From contig JBFLWY010000012.1 in NCBI GenBank assembly GCA_040757355.1, forward strand, positions 204-64,203: 64,000 bases of DNA, in the 5' to 3' direction. This stretch comes from Bacillota bacterium (GTDB lineage: Bacteria; Bacillota; Desulfotomaculia; Desulfotomaculales; Ammonificaceae). Within the stretch, counting starts at the first letter, position 1. Each line of letters opens with the position of its first letter. The translations under genes and the position numbers were made by a program. Below are positions 54,729 through 64,000 of this stretch, piece after piece. Below the pieces are notes generated by a model that saw only the letters and a list, made by a program, of their open reading frames with translations, was not told where the DNA came from and searched no databases.

Positions 54729-54816
54729 GATATCAGACGTCAGATATCGGATGTCAGAAGTCGAACTCTGTAATAATCTCCTATGCGAATTTTCCCTTAT
54801 CAGACCTCCGACCTCT
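54729..54816. repeat. family-B-like intergenic element (degenerate)
   Basis: GATATCAGACGTCAGATATCGGATGTCAGAAGTCGA ... GCGAAT ... CAGACCTCCGACCTC uses the same GTCAGA/GTCGGA word set and GCGAAT core remnant. It ends 4 nt from the cdsA stop. Confidence 0.6.
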
Positions 54817-54819
54817 TAA

Positions 54820-55629
54820 TCAAGACAGCCACCCCGCCACAACATAAACTACCGGTGCACTCAGCAACAGGCTGTCAAACCGGTCTAAAACGCCGCCGTG
54901 CCCGGGGATTAAGCAGCCTGCGTCCTTTTGACCCGTCGCCCGTTTGACCGCTGAAAAAACAAGATCACCGACCTGGCAAACTCCTCCCAAAATAAGACCA
55001 AAGAGCGATAGTAAAAGCGGGTTAAACGGCAGCCAGAACGCAAATACTCCGGCCGCAACTGAGCTGCCGATAAGACCGGCACAAAGGCCTTCCACCGTCT
55101 TGCCGGGACTGAGGTTCGGCGTCATGCGCTGCCTGCCGAAACGCCGGCCCACAAAAAACGCCGCCGTATCAAAAGACCATGTAGTGACAAGCGCCAGCAT
55201 CAGCCAGTAGAACCCGTCAGGCAACAGCCGGATGAAGTAAAGGTAAAAAAACAGGGAAAGGTATGCGACACAGAGAAAAGTCACTCCGGCCTCGGGCGGC
55301 GTATACCGCGGGAACAAAAAAACCAGCGGCAGGGTGCAGACGATCATACAGTAAATCAGCGCTTCCGGGTATCCCCCTTTGGGGGAATAAGCGGCGGCAA
55401 TCAAGATAAAGCCGCACAAATAACCCAGGATATAACGTGGTTTCAGCCCTACGCCGCTAAGCAAACGCAGCATTTCCCTTACACCGGTTAAATAAAGGGC
55501 GCTGACCAATAAAAGCAGCAGCCACCCACCCCACCAGGCCGCAAGCACAAGAACCGGTATACCCGCGACCGCACTTGTCACTCGTAAGATCAGACTGTCA
55601 CCGCTTTTTATCACCATTTTCCGTCGCAA
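54820..55629 (-). CDS. cdsA: phosphatidate cytidylyltransferase
   Basis: Polytopic membrane protein with the signature SAVKRATGQKDAGCLIPGHGGVLDRFDS. Confidence 0.92.
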   Translation of the reverse strand: MRRKMVIKSGDSLILRVTSAVAGIPVLVLAAWWGGWLLLLLVSALYLTGVREMLRLLSGVGLKPRYILGYLCGFILIAAAYSPKGGYPEALIYCMIVCTLPLVFLFPRYTPPEAGVTFLCVAYLSLFFYLYFIRLLPDGFYWLMLALVTTWSFDTAAFFVGRRFGRQRMTPNLSPGKTVEGLCAGLIGSSVAAGVFAFWLPFNPLLLSLFGLILGGVCQVGDLVFSAVKRATGQKDAGCLIPGHGGVLDRFDSLLLSAPVVYVVAGWLS

Positions 55630-55662
55630 GAAAATTCGCCTTTCCTGCTGTAAACTTGCGTT

Positions 55663-56457
55663 TTACCGATTACGTTTCAGCCCCCCGAAACGGCGCTCGC
55701 GCTGCTGGTAACTAACCAGCGCCTGGAGGAAGTCGACCCTCCGGAAATCCGGCCATAGCACCGGGGTTACGTAAAACTCGGTGTATGCAAGCTGCCAAAG
55801 CAGGAAGTTGCTTACCCGCAACTCTCCGGCCGGCCTGATAAGGAGGTCGGGATCGGGTAGTCCCGCAGTATAAAGGTGGCGGTTGATCACTGCCTCATCA
55901 ATCTCTTCGGGTTGGAAAGCCCCCCTTTGAACCTCTTGGGCTATCGCTTTCACCGCGTCAACGATCTCCCAGCGGGAACCATAATTGACAGCCAGGTTCA
56001 GGGTAAGCCGGTTGCCCTCCTGCGTCTCCTGCTCTAAAGACCGAATTGCCTCAAGTACGATGTCGGGAAGTCCTTCTCTCCTGCCGATGACACGCGCCTT
56101 TATTCCGTTGCGTTTAAGCTCCTCCGTTTCCTTTGCGGCATACTCCACAAAAAGATCCATTAAAAAAGAAACCTCTTCAGGCGGCCTCCGCCAGTTCTCG
56201 GTGGAAAATGCATACGCGGAGAGTGCAGAAATTCCCAGTTCGGCAGACAGGCGGACAACTTCCCGCAAAGACTTTACCCCCGTACGGTGACCGACACTGC
56301 GCGGCAGACCGCGTCTAATCGCCCAGCGGCCGTTCCCGTCCATGATCACTGCCACATGACGGGGTAAAGAGGAAGGGTCGAGCAGCGACCTTAACACCTT
56401 CTCGTTACGCGGCAGGCTTTTTTCAGCCCTGCGCCGGTTCACAACGTCCTTCAGCAT
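55663..56457 (-). CDS. uppS: isoprenyl transferase (undecaprenyl diphosphate synthase)
   Basis: HVAVIMDGNGRWA, FSTENWRRP and RVSNFLLWQLAYTEF motifs. Confidence 0.95.
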   Translation of the reverse strand: MLKDVVNRRRAEKSLPRNEKVLRSLLDPSSLPRHVAVIMDGNGRWAIRRGLPRSVGHRTGVKSLREVVRLSAELGISALSAYAFSTENWRRPPEEVSFLMDLFVEYAAKETEELKRNGIKARVIGRREGLPDIVLEAIRSLEQETQEGNRLTLNLAVNYGSRWEIVDAVKAIAQEVQRGAFQPEEIDEAVINRHLYTAGLPDPDLLIRPAGELRVSNFLLWQLAYTEFYVTPVLWPDFRRVDFLQALVSYQQRERRFGGLKRNR

Positions 56458-56630
56458 CAGTTTGCCTCCTGAGAGAACGTCACCAAACTTGGTCTGCCCA
56501 GCACCCGACCCGATATCGACAACATAGGTATCTCATCTAACCTTCAGGCATCGAATTCAGGCTGTCAGGCCTCATACCGGAACGTTTTTCAGTTCTCCTG
56601 TGGGCTCACACCGTCTGCCGTCACGCAACT

Positions 56631-56870
56631 CTACTTTTGGCAGTCATAGTAGTCTCCGGACGCCAGACCCCCGGCGTGATTAATATCACGGCTGAAGACC
56701 ACGACTAATTCTATTACGTCGTCGGAAAGCCGGCGAATCCGAACAACGCGCTGATTCCCTTCCGGCTTCCTCCCCGGCGCCAGGGTCGAAACTGCCTGAA
56801 GGCGTAACCCAGCCGGGTTAATAACAGGTCCAACTTTATCCAGTTCCCATCCCAATACATCCTCCAACAC
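56631..56870 (-). CDS. hypothetical small protein (weak call)
   Basis: 79-codon ORF whose GTG start lies 2 nt after the frr stop. Composition is coding-like, but the RBS is poor and no family was recognised. Confidence 0.3.
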   Translation of the reverse strand: MLEDVLGWELDKVGPVINPAGLRLQAVSTLAPGRKPEGNQRVVRIRRLSDDVIELVVVFSRDINHAGGLASGDYYDCQK

Positions 56871-56872
56871 CG

Positions 56873-57427
56873 CTACACTTCCATGATTTCTTTTTCTTTC
56901 GCAGCCAGCACATTATCAGTCTCTTTAATATACTTATCCGTCAACTTCTGGACTTCACCCTGCATTCTTTTCAATTCATCTTCTGAAAAACCGCCCTCTT
57001 TTTGCCGCGCTTTCAGCTCATCATTCGCGTCCCTGCGGATGTTCCTGATCGCGACCCTTCCTTCTTCCGCCTTCTTGCGGACAGACTTGACCAGTTCCTG
57101 TCGCCTCTCCTGAGTAAGTTGGGGAAGCACTAAACGTATCACTGACCCATCGTTGACCGGGTTGATGCCCAAATCCGACTTCATAATTGCTCGCTCAATA
57201 TCGGAAATAAGAGATTTGTCCCACGGTTGAATCACCAAAAGCCTTGGCTCCGGCACATTTACCGTTGCAAGCTGATTAACCGGTGTCGGAGTACCGTAAT
57301 AGTCGACCGTAATCCTGTCTAAGAGTGCTGGCGTTGCTCGCCCTGTTCTCACCGCCGATAAGTCCTTACGCAAGTGTTCTACGGCTTTCTTCATTAGCTC
57401 TTCTGCATTCGCAACGAGTTCGCGCAA
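56873..57427 (-). CDS. frr: ribosome recycling factor
   Basis: TTG start with a [33 protein letters not shown] is the typical RRF pattern. 184 aa. Confidence 0.95.
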   Translation of the reverse strand: MRELVANAEELMKKAVEHLRKDLSAVRTGRATPALLDRITVDYYGTPTPVNQLATVNVPEPRLLVIQPWDKSLISDIERAIMKSDLGINPVNDGSVIRLVLPQLTQERRQELVKSVRKKAEEGRVAIRNIRRDANDELKARQKEGGFSEDELKRMQGEVQKLTDKYIKETDNVLAAKEKEIMEV

Positions 57428-58158
57428 GCTACGTCACCCCCTATATAGGTTCCTATTCTTTCGCCTAAAACCGCACGGCGAATATTTCCCTGCTCCCTCA
57501 CATTAAAAACTATCACCGGTATACCGTTGTCCATGCAAAGCGAGGCGGCAGTCGCATCCATGACACCCAATCCCCGGTTGAGCATTTCAATATAAGTCAG
57601 GGTTTGAAACTTCCGTGCTTCGGGGTTTCTTCCAGGGTCGTCATCGTAAACGCCGTCAACTCCCCGCTTTGCCATTAGAATGGCATCCGCCTCAATCTCC
57701 GCCGCTCGCAAGGCCGCGGTTGTATCCGTGGAAAAATAGGGGCTGCCGGTACCGGCTGCGAAAATGACCACCCGCCCTTTCTGCAAGTGTCGGATCGCCC
57801 TGCGCCTGATATAGGGTTCAGCGATCGCCCGCATCTCAATCGCTGTTTGAACTCGGGTATCTACACCTGCTTTCTCCAGAGCATCCTGAAGGGCCAGAGA
57901 GTTGATCGTAGTCGCGAGCATTCCCATATAGTCGGCGGTAGCACGGTCCATTCCCTTGGCACTCCCCGCAATACCCCGCCAGATGTTGCCCCCGCCGACC
58001 ACAATGGCGATCTCGGTCCTGAACTGTTGTAAAACCTCCCTGATTTCACGGGCCACAAAAACCGCTACTTCCGGATCAATCCCGTAACCTTGGTCACCTG
58101 CCAGGGCCTCGCCGCTGATTTTGACTATAACCCGGCGGTACTTAGGGGTAATCATCAT
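57394..58158 (-). CDS. pyrH: UMP kinase
   Basis: ATG 58158 (RBS GGGGAG) gives [19 protein letters not shown], with [10 protein letters not shown] and [14 protein letters not shown] motifs. It overlaps frr by 34 nt. Confidence 0.95.
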   Translation of the reverse strand: MMITPKYRRVIVKISGEALAGDQGYGIDPEVAVFVAREIREVLQQFRTEIAIVVGGGNIWRGIAGSAKGMDRATADYMGMLATTINSLALQDALEKAGVDTRVQTAIEMRAIAEPYIRRRAIRHLQKGRVVIFAAGTGSPYFSTDTTAALRAAEIEADAILMAKRGVDGVYDDDPGRNPEARKFQTLTYIEMLNRGLGVMDATAASLCMDNGIPVIVFNVREQGNIRRAVLGERIGTYIGGDVACANSLRMQKS

Positions 58159-58227
58159 TAATCTCCCCGTTCTAATGAAAACTTCGGAGACCGCTTCTAG
58201 CTTCAATCAATAACAAAGACCCCTGCG

Positions 58228-58833
58228 TCAGTCCTTTGCTACCTCACCCAACTCGTACCTGGTAAACCTTCGGATGACAATATTCTCCCCGATGCGCGCG
58301 ACCGCCTCATGCAGCAAGTTTTGAACGGTGATATCCGGATTTTTGATAAACGATTGGTCGAGAAGACAGTTCTCTTTAAAAAACTTCTCCAAACGCCCTT
58401 CCACCATCTTTTCGACTACCTTTTCCGGCTTCCCTTCATTAAGTGCTTGGACCCGGAGGATCTCTTTTTCCCGTTCAATTGTCTCAGGTGGAACATCTTC
58501 ACGTGAGATATACTCCGGGCGTGCAGCCGCTATCTGCAAGGCAATATCATGAACTAAACCCTGAAAATCATCGGTTTTGGCTACAAAATCGGTTTCGCAG
58601 TTAACCTCTACGAGAACCCCGATGCGGTTACCGGGGTGGACGTAAGCAGAAACCAACCCTTCTGACGCTGTCCGCCCGGCTCTTTTCGCCGCCGCCGCCA
58701 ATCCTTTCTCCCTCAAGAAAACAATAGCCTTCTCGATATCGCACCCCGCTTCAACCAGGGCCTTTTTACAGTCCATCATCCCTACTCCGGTGCGCTCCCG
58801 GAGTTCTTTGACCAATTTTGCAGGAACCTCCAC
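58228..58833 (-). CDS. tsf: elongation factor Ts (short form)
   Basis: [27 protein letters not shown]-like N-terminus. 201 aa. GTG start with a GAGGAGG RBS. Confidence 0.95.
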   Translation of the reverse strand: MEVPAKLVKELRERTGVGMMDCKKALVEAGCDIEKAIVFLREKGLAAAAKRAGRTASEGLVSAYVHPGNRIGVLVEVNCETDFVAKTDDFQGLVHDIALQIAAARPEYISREDVPPETIEREKEILRVQALNEGKPEKVVEKMVEGRLEKFFKENCLLDQSFIKNPDITVQNLLHEAVARIGENIVIRRFTRYELGEVAKD

Positions 58834-58887
58834 GTGACCTTAACCTCCTCTTTCTCGGAAACCGCCGTTACACTTCGCCTGGCCGTT

Positions 58888-58985
58888 TCAGAAGTCAGAT
58901 GCATGATCTCTGAGGCAAGATTCAGTTAATCTTAGCGAATCGCACCTTACTTCGACCTTAAAAATTCTCTCCTCCGCCTTCTGAA
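58888..58985. repeat. family-B-like intergenic element
   Basis: CAGAAGTCAGATGCATGATCTCTGAGG closely matches GGAAGTCAGATGCAGGATGTCAGAGG at 47589. It has a GCGAATCGC core remnant and the right arm CTCCTCCGCCTTCTGAAAA. Confidence 0.65.
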
Positions 58986-59200
58986 AATTCGCCGTGCTTG
59001 TTTTTTTCAGTCGGGCTTCCCTATAAAAATTTGTTACCATAATTGATATTTTACTTTAATTCGCCGAGTTGTAATGCTGCAGCAGTCTTCCCGGGTCAGT
59101 CAGTCTTTACTACTCATTGTCCGCTTTCATAAGGGGATTATATCCAAAAATCTGCCCGCTTAAAAGGGTTTGTCCTTCGTTGAAATAGTTCAACGTTCAA

Positions 59201-59438
59201 CCTAATACTGACAGCCCAGCACTCAGTGTAGCTTTTCCACTTCAACGGAGAAACCTTCATTGGCCTGAGTGCCCAGCACTCAATGGGACTTTTTGAACTT
59301 TGGAGGAAAGACCTTCATTAGTCTAATGAAGTGATAGCTTCCAAACTTCAATGATTGCATTGAGTGCTGGGTTAAACTTCAAAGATCTTACTGAGTGCTG
59401 GGTGGGGTCCGTTCAACGTTCCACGTTGATAAAAAGAC
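59201..59438. repeat. composite family-A element, copy 2 (inverted relative to 37696-37922)
   Basis: Boxes lie at 59214-59226 and 59271-59283 (forward), and 59360-59371 and 59391-59402 (reverse). Heptad tracts GTTCAACGTTCAAC (59188-59201) and GTTCAACGTTCCACGTTGA (59411-59429) flank it. Confidence 0.9.
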
Positions 59439-59603
59439 CGATGCACAAGCAATTGAACCATTTTCATTCTTCTGCTAGAGCAATCCCCGGTCGCATGGCA
59501 AACTCCGCCAAAAAACAGTACTTCTCCCGCCTATTTTCATTCCTGTGGTGACGATTAGTTGAAAAGGACCCCTTCGCCGATTCCCGTAAAAAGGGGGGTT
59601 TTT

Positions 59604-60332
59604 CTACCCCCCTTGTAAGGCTTCTTCTTGCTCTCTCTCAGGGGCGGCAACCCCTTCGCGGCCTTCGATTACCGCATCAGCAATTTTGCTTGTTATCAGG
59701 CGTACCGCCCTGATGGCGTCATCGTTGCCCGGGATTACATAGTCAACTTCGTCCGGGTCGCAATTGGTATCGACTATCGCCACCACCGGTATGCCCAGTT
59801 TTCGGGCTTCCGCCACCGCGATCCGCTCCTTGCGCGGATCAACCACGTACAAAGCCCAAGGCACCTGGCGCATGTTTTTGATACCGCCCAGGTACTTCTG
59901 CAGCTTGCCTTTTTCCCGTAAAAGCTCCGCAGCCTCTTTCTTCGTCCGCAGCTCCAACTGGCCGCTCTCTTCCAAGCGCTCCAACTCGTGCAGCCGCTCA
60001 ACGCGCCGCCTGATTGTCTGAAAGTTTGTCAGCATCCCACCGAGCCAGCGCTGATTAACATAAAACATACCGCAGCGTTCTGCCTCTTCCTGTATGGACT
60101 GCTGGGCCTGCTTCTTCGTGCCGACAAAGAGGACACTGCCTCCCTGCGCGGCTATCTCCTTAACGAAATTATACGCTTCTTCAATCTTTCTGACAGTCTT
60201 CTGTAGGTCGATAATGTAAATGCCGTTCCGGTCCATAAATATATAAGGGGCCATCTTGGGGTTCCAGCGTCTTGTCTGGTGCCCAAAATGCACCCCGGCC
60301 TCGAGCAACTGCTTCATGGAAACAACCGCCAC
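59604..60332 (-). CDS. rpsB: 30S ribosomal protein S2
   Basis: GTG 60332 follows GGAGGTGGAG and gives (M)[26 protein letters not shown], the canonical S2 N-terminus. The 28-codon extension in the ORF track is not supported. A possible TTGCAC-N18-TAAAAT promoter lies at 60450-60479. Confidence 0.95.
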   Translation of the reverse strand: MAVVSMKQLLEAGVHFGHQTRRWNPKMAPYIFMDRNGIYIIDLQKTVRKIEEAYNFVKEIAAQGGSVLFVGTKKQAQQSIQEEAERCGMFYVNQRWLGGMLTNFQTIRRRVERLHELERLEESGQLELRTKKEAAELLREKGKLQKYLGGIKNMRQVPWALYVVDPRKERIAVAEARKLGIPVVAIVDTNCDPDEVDYVIPGNDDAIRAVRLITSKIADAVIEGREGVAAPEREQEEALQGG

Positions 60333-60484
60333 TTCTCCACCTCCTTCCGCCGGGGTTCTTGCCGCCGCCGCCGTCATCTCCCCGGAAGACCCGCAGGCAC
60401 CCCCTCCAGGGATCAAGTAGCGTGAGTACTTGTTGACATGCCAGCCTTTATTTTACCATCCACCCCGTTGAACGTGCAACAAAT

Positions 60485-61264
60485 TTATGTCTGTTTGTAC
60501 CGTTTCAACTCCTCAAGAAGTTGATCGTTAAGCACTTTGATATAGGTTCCCTTCATCCCCAGAGAACGGGCTTCTATGACACCGGCGCTTTCAAACTTTC
60601 GCAGGGCGTTAACAATAACCGACCGTGTTATCCCAACCCGGTCGGCTATTTTGCTCGCAATTAAGAGTCCCTCTTCCTTACCCAACTCCGCGAAGATGTG
60701 GCGGACCGCATCAAGTTCCGAATATGAAAGCGTCCCCAAAGCGATCTGGACGGCAGCACGTTTCCGTGCCTCTTCAGCCATCCTTTCCATCCTGGAGCGG
60801 AAGATCTCCATCCCTACTACAGTAGCCCCGTGTTCCGCAAGGATCAGGTCACTTGCGGCAAACTGGCGGTTGAACTTTGCCAATACAACCGTACCAAGAC
60901 GCGTTCCCGCACCGACAATAGGCACCACGGTGACGGTTGCATTGCTGAAACGACAGGGTATGTCAGGATCAAATACACAGGAATTGGCATGCTGGCGAAA
61001 ATTCGCCCTGGTCTCTGTAATGTCCAGTAAACCCTGGTTATAGCTGCGGGGAAAACCAGCGTTTTCGACTATCTCTGATATCGTTTGGCATGAAAAGCCG
61101 GGGAGGAAAGAATAACCTAAAACCTTTCCCTCGTCGTTAATAAGATAGACATTTGCGCGGACAAGCTCTCCCAAAACAGATGCCACTGCCGCAAAGTCAA
61201 CGTGAGCCGAAGCATTCTGTAAAATACCGTTTAGGACCCGGGCCTTCTTTAAAAGATGCTCCAA
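60485..61264 (-). CDS. codY: GTP- and branched-chain-amino-acid-sensing pleiotropic repressor CodY
   Basis: GAF-like N-terminal domain and the C-terminal wHTH ASKIADRVGITRSVIVNALRKFESAGVIE. 259 aa. Confidence 0.95.
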   Translation of the reverse strand: MEHLLKKARVLNGILQNASAHVDFAAVASVLGELVRANVYLINDEGKVLGYSFLPGFSCQTISEIVENAGFPRSYNQGLLDITETRANFRQHANSCVFDPDIPCRFSNATVTVVPIVGAGTRLGTVVLAKFNRQFAASDLILAEHGATVVGMEIFRSRMERMAEEARKRAAVQIALGTLSYSELDAVRHIFAELGKEEGLLIASKIADRVGITRSVIVNALRKFESAGVIEARSLGMKGTYIKVLNDQLLEELKRYKQT

Positions 61265-61277
61265 AACATCCCCCCCT

Positions 61278-62666
61278 TTAAAGGATGTACCGGCTGAGAT
61301 CCTCCTTAGCTACAATCGGGCCTAATTTTGCCTTAACAAATGCTTCGTCGATTTTGATTGTCTGTCCTTTGAGGTCTGGAGCGTTAAAAGAGATGTCTTC
61401 GAGGACTTTTTCAAGCACGGTGTGCAACCGTCGCGCTCCGATATTTTCCGTTTGTTCATTAATAGTATAAGCGATGTCTGCAATTGCGCCAAGAGAATTT
61501 TTAGAAAATTCGAGTTTTACGCCTTCCGTGTCTAACAGCGCAGCATACTGTCTGATCAGCGCGTTTGAAGGTTCCGTAAGAATCTGGAGAAAGTCGTCAC
61601 GGCTGAGGGCGCGGAGTTCGACACGAATGGGGAAACGTCCCTGAAGTTCGGGGATCAAGTCGGATGGTTTTGTGGTATGAAAAGCGCCTGCGGCAATAAA
61701 GAGGATATGTTCGGTCTTTACCGGGCCGTATTTTGTGGTCACCGTAGAACCTTCGACAATCGGCAGGACGTCCCGCTGCACGCCGCTTCTGGATACGTCA
61801 GGCCCGGTTCCCGATTCCCGCCCGGCGATCTTATCAATTTCATCGATAAAAATGATGCCGTTTTCTTCCGCCCGGCGTACAGCTTCCTGGGTCACCTCCT
61901 CCATATCAATCAGCTTTGCCGCCTCCTGCTGCGCCAAGATCCGCCGCGCCTCCCCGACGGTTACGCGGCGCTTTTTCTTCTTAGCGGGGAAAACGGTGCC
62001 CATAAGGTCTTGAACGTTAAAACCCATCTCCTCTACGCCTGCACCGGAGAATATTTCCAGGAAAGGAACCGTTTTATCCTCAACTTCAACTTCGATGGTC
62101 TCATCTTCGAGTTCACCCCGGGCGAGTCTTTTTCGCAGTTCTTCTCGCTGTTGGTCGACACGCCGTATCTTTTCCTCTGCTTCAAAATCTTCGCCGGCCT
62201 GGCGCGCAGAACCGAAAATAACCTCCAGCGGATTTCGAATGGTTTTCTCGGGATACGGTACCAAGATCTCCAGGATGCGCTCAACAGCGAGTACTTTAGC
62301 CTTCTCCTCAACCGCAGCGTATTTTTCTTCCCGGACCATCCGAACCGCTGTTTCTACCAAGTCGCGTACCATTCCCTCAACATCCCGGCCCACATAGCCG
62401 ATCTCGGTAAACTTGGTGGCTTCAACCTTAACGAACGGGGCATTGACCAGCCGCGCCAGCCGCCGGGCGATCTCCGTCTTGCCTACCCCGGTCGGACCGA
62501 TCATCAAAATGTTTTTCGGCATTACCTCATCGCGCAATTCAACCGGCAGGTTATTCCGGCGGTAACGGTTGCGCAAAGCAATGGCAACTGCCTTTTTGGC
62601 CTCGTCTTGCCCTACTATATACTTACCGAGTTCGGCCACGATCTCCCGCGGCGTCAAGTTTTCCAC
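61278..62666 (-). CDS. hslU: ATP-dependent protease ATPase subunit HslU
   Basis: [17 protein letters not shown], Walker [25 protein letters not shown] and an I-domain insertion. 462 aa. Confidence 0.97.
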   Translation of the reverse strand: MENLTPREIVAELGKYIVGQDEAKKAVAIALRNRYRRNNLPVELRDEVMPKNILMIGPTGVGKTEIARRLARLVNAPFVKVEATKFTEIGYVGRDVEGMVRDLVETAVRMVREEKYAAVEEKAKVLAVERILEILVPYPEKTIRNPLEVIFGSARQAGEDFEAEEKIRRVDQQREELRKRLARGELEDETIEVEVEDKTVPFLEIFSGAGVEEMGFNVQDLMGTVFPAKKKKRRVTVGEARRILAQQEAAKLIDMEEVTQEAVRRAEENGIIFIDEIDKIAGRESGTGPDVSRSGVQRDVLPIVEGSTVTTKYGPVKTEHILFIAAGAFHTTKPSDLIPELQGRFPIRVELRALSRDDFLQILTEPSNALIRQYAALLDTEGVKLEFSKNSLGAIADIAYTINEQTENIGARRLHTVLEKVLEDISFNAPDLKGQTIKIDEAFVKAKLGPIVAKEDLSRYIL

Positions 62667-62707
62667 CTGAGACCCTCCTGTCGCGCTTTAAACTGTACCC
62701 GGTCCTG

Positions 62708-63247
62708 TTACAATTCTTCAAGGCTGATGTTTTCATTGGTATAAACGCATATGGAAGCAGTTATGCGCAGTGCCTCCCGGACGATGGTGGCGGCGTCGTA
62801 ACCGGTGTGTTTCAAGAGCGCCCGGGCCGCCGCAAGGGCATAAGGTCCGCCGGAGCCGACCGCCGCTATGCCGTCGTCAGGTTCAATTACCTCGCCGCTT
62901 CCGGCGATGACCAGAAGGTGTTCGGTGTCCGCCACAACCAGGAGCGCCTCCAGGCGACGCAAGAGTTTGTCTGTCCGCCACTCTTTCGCGAGATTGACCG
63001 CAGCCCGCAACAGGTTGCCCTGTGACTCCTCGAGCTTCCCCTCGAACCGGTCGAAAAGAGCAAGCGCATCTGCAACACCCCCGGCAAAACCCGCAATAAC
63101 CTTTCCTTGGTAGAGCCTGCGGACCTTTTTCGCACCGTGTTTCATAATCGTATTCTGCGCGAAGGTGATCTGGCCGTCACCGGCCATCGCAACCCGACCG
63201 TCGCGCCGCACCGCAACTACCGTTGTGCCATTGATCATTTTTATCAC
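62708..63247 (-). CDS. hslV: ATP-dependent protease subunit HslV
   Basis: [23 protein letters not shown] Ntn-hydrolase N-terminus, with [14 protein letters not shown]. The start is either 63247 or 63238. Confidence 0.93.
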   Translation of the reverse strand: MIKMINGTTVVAVRRDGRVAMAGDGQITFAQNTIMKHGAKKVRRLYQGKVIAGFAGGVADALALFDRFEGKLEESQGNLLRAAVNLAKEWRTDKLLRRLEALLVVADTEHLLVIAGSGEVIEPDDGIAAVGSGGPYALAAARALLKHTGYDAATIVREALRITASICVYTNENISLEEL

Positions 63248-63250
63248 CCG

Positions 63251-64000
63251 TTACGCACGCGGGTGGGTCTTATTGTACACCCGCTTTAATCTTTCCTTAC
63301 TGAGGTGAGTGTAAACCTGGGTAGTCGAAAGCCGGGCGTGGCCTAAAAACTCTTGAACCGCCCTCAAATCGGCACCGCCGTCCAGGAGGTGCGTGGCAAA
63401 AGTATGTCGCAAGGTGTGAGGACTGACACGGCCTTGTATCCCGGCCTTGGCCGCACATGCCTTAATCACGTTGCGAGTGCCACGTGCTGAAAGCCGGCCC
63501 CCTGATTTATTCAAAAACAGTGCTCCTTCGAACCCCCCGCCGTGCTCCTTGACCAACTGCGGCCGTCCTTTACGAAGATATGCTTTCAAAGCCTTTACCG
63601 CATGATCGCCGATCGGCACCACCCGCTCTTTAAAACCCTTTCCCAAAACCCGGATATAACCACCGTGAAGGTCTACGTCACCGATATCCAGTCCGACCAA
63701 TTCGGATACCCTGATCCCTGATGCATAAAGAACTTCAAGAATCGCCCTGTCGCGCATCCGCAAGGGGTCCGACGCCCCCGGGGCCTCCATTAGACGCATG
63801 GCCTCCCCCTGGTAAAGGACCTGGGGGAGCCTTTTTTCCCGCCGCGGGGAGGAAACCCCCCGCAACGGATTATCTTTAAGGACTCCCTCCCGGCATAAAA
63901 ACCGGAGAAAGCTCCGCCAGGCCGAAATCTTTCTCAACAGCGAATTCCTGGACAACCCCCTGCCGGTGAGGTGTGCAAGGTAGCGCCGCAACAGCGCTGG
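63251..64000 (-). CDS. xerC: tyrosine recombinase XerC (CodV-type), N-terminus beyond the window end
   Basis: Catalytic-domain motifs are RDRAILEVLYASGIRVSE, HTLRHTFATHLL and LGHARLSTTQVYTH. The frame is still open at 64000 (..PALLRRYLAHL). Its position upstream of hslVU-codY matches the Bacillus codV operon. Confidence 0.88.
   Translation of the reverse strand, partial: PALLRRYLAHLTGRGLSRNSLLRKISAWRSFLRFLCREGVLKDNPLRGVSSPRREKRLPQVLYQGEAMRLMEAPGASDPLRMRDRAILEVLYASGIRVSELVGLDIGDVDLHGGYIRVLGKGFKERVVPIGDHAVKALKAYLRKGRPQLVKEHGGGFEGALFLNKSGGRLSARGTRNVIKACAAKAGIQGRVSPHTLRHTFATHLLDGGADLRAVQEFLGHARLSTTQVYTHLSKERLKRVYNKTHPRA

Noticed and set aside
37696-59438. Interpreting the inverted 230-bp repeats as ends of a composite transposon or a programmed invertible switch
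   Set aside because: No transposase or invertase lies between or beside them. The enclosed genes are essential housekeeping genes in ancestral order (rpsB-tsf synteny is continuous across the right copy). I kept only the recombination-substrate observation.
61677-62744. Long plus-strand ORFs antisense to real genes (355 aa over hslU; also 35554-36324 over panB, 25365-26132 over greA/lysS, 27509-28228 over dusB, 3051-3647, 7766-8299, 53138-53641)
   Set aside because: These are shadow frames of strongly supported minus-strand genes. Their products are low-complexity and rich in Arg, Ser and Pro, with no RBS and no recognisable domains.
63251-64000. Tyrosine recombinase as a phage or ICE integrase marking a mobile element
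   Set aside because: It sits immediately upstream of hslV-hslU-codY, exactly like chromosomal codV/xerC in Bacillus. No att-like repeats, tRNA target or phage genes are adjacent.

Overview
64-kb chromosomal segment whose gene content and order fit an endospore-forming Firmicute of the Clostridia, probably Peptococcaceae or Desulfotomaculum-like. That lineage is my inference from SLH-anchored proteins, GerM, YtvI, CodY and the xerC-hslVU-codY block, not a search result. There are about 60 protein genes, and all but four lie on the minus strand. Most are core housekeeping: ftsEX plus a coiled-coil M23 hydrolase, a split transketolase, prfB (programmed +1 frameshift visible), secA, hpf, a cold-shock protein and lysS-greA. 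A cofactor supercluster follows (coaX, birA, nadCBA, panDCB plus a DUF2520-type reductase), then surE, a preQ0 cluster (folE-queE-unknown-queC-queD) and the rpsB-tsf-pyrH-frr-uppS-cdsA-dxr-rseP-ispG-proS block. The clearly accessory part is 13.1-22.2 kb. It is a cobalamin-riboswitch-controlled operon encoding three secreted or wall-anchored proteins built from the two domains of eukaryotic transcobalamin (alpha/alpha toroid and DUF4430-type beta domain; one protein is fused to three SLH domains), followed by a dedicated ECF transporter. I read this as a candidate, experimentally undescribed Gram-positive surface corrinoid-capture system. A histidine-kinase remnant marks a rearrangement junction at its upstream edge. 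Intergenic spacers are unusually long and hold at least three families of short dispersed repeats. One is a ~230-bp composite element present as near-identical inverted copies 21 kb apart, one of which splits rpsB from tsf. I recognised no rRNA, tRNA, CRISPR array, transposase or prophage gene. All family assignments come from motifs read by eye; no HMM or BLAST search was run.
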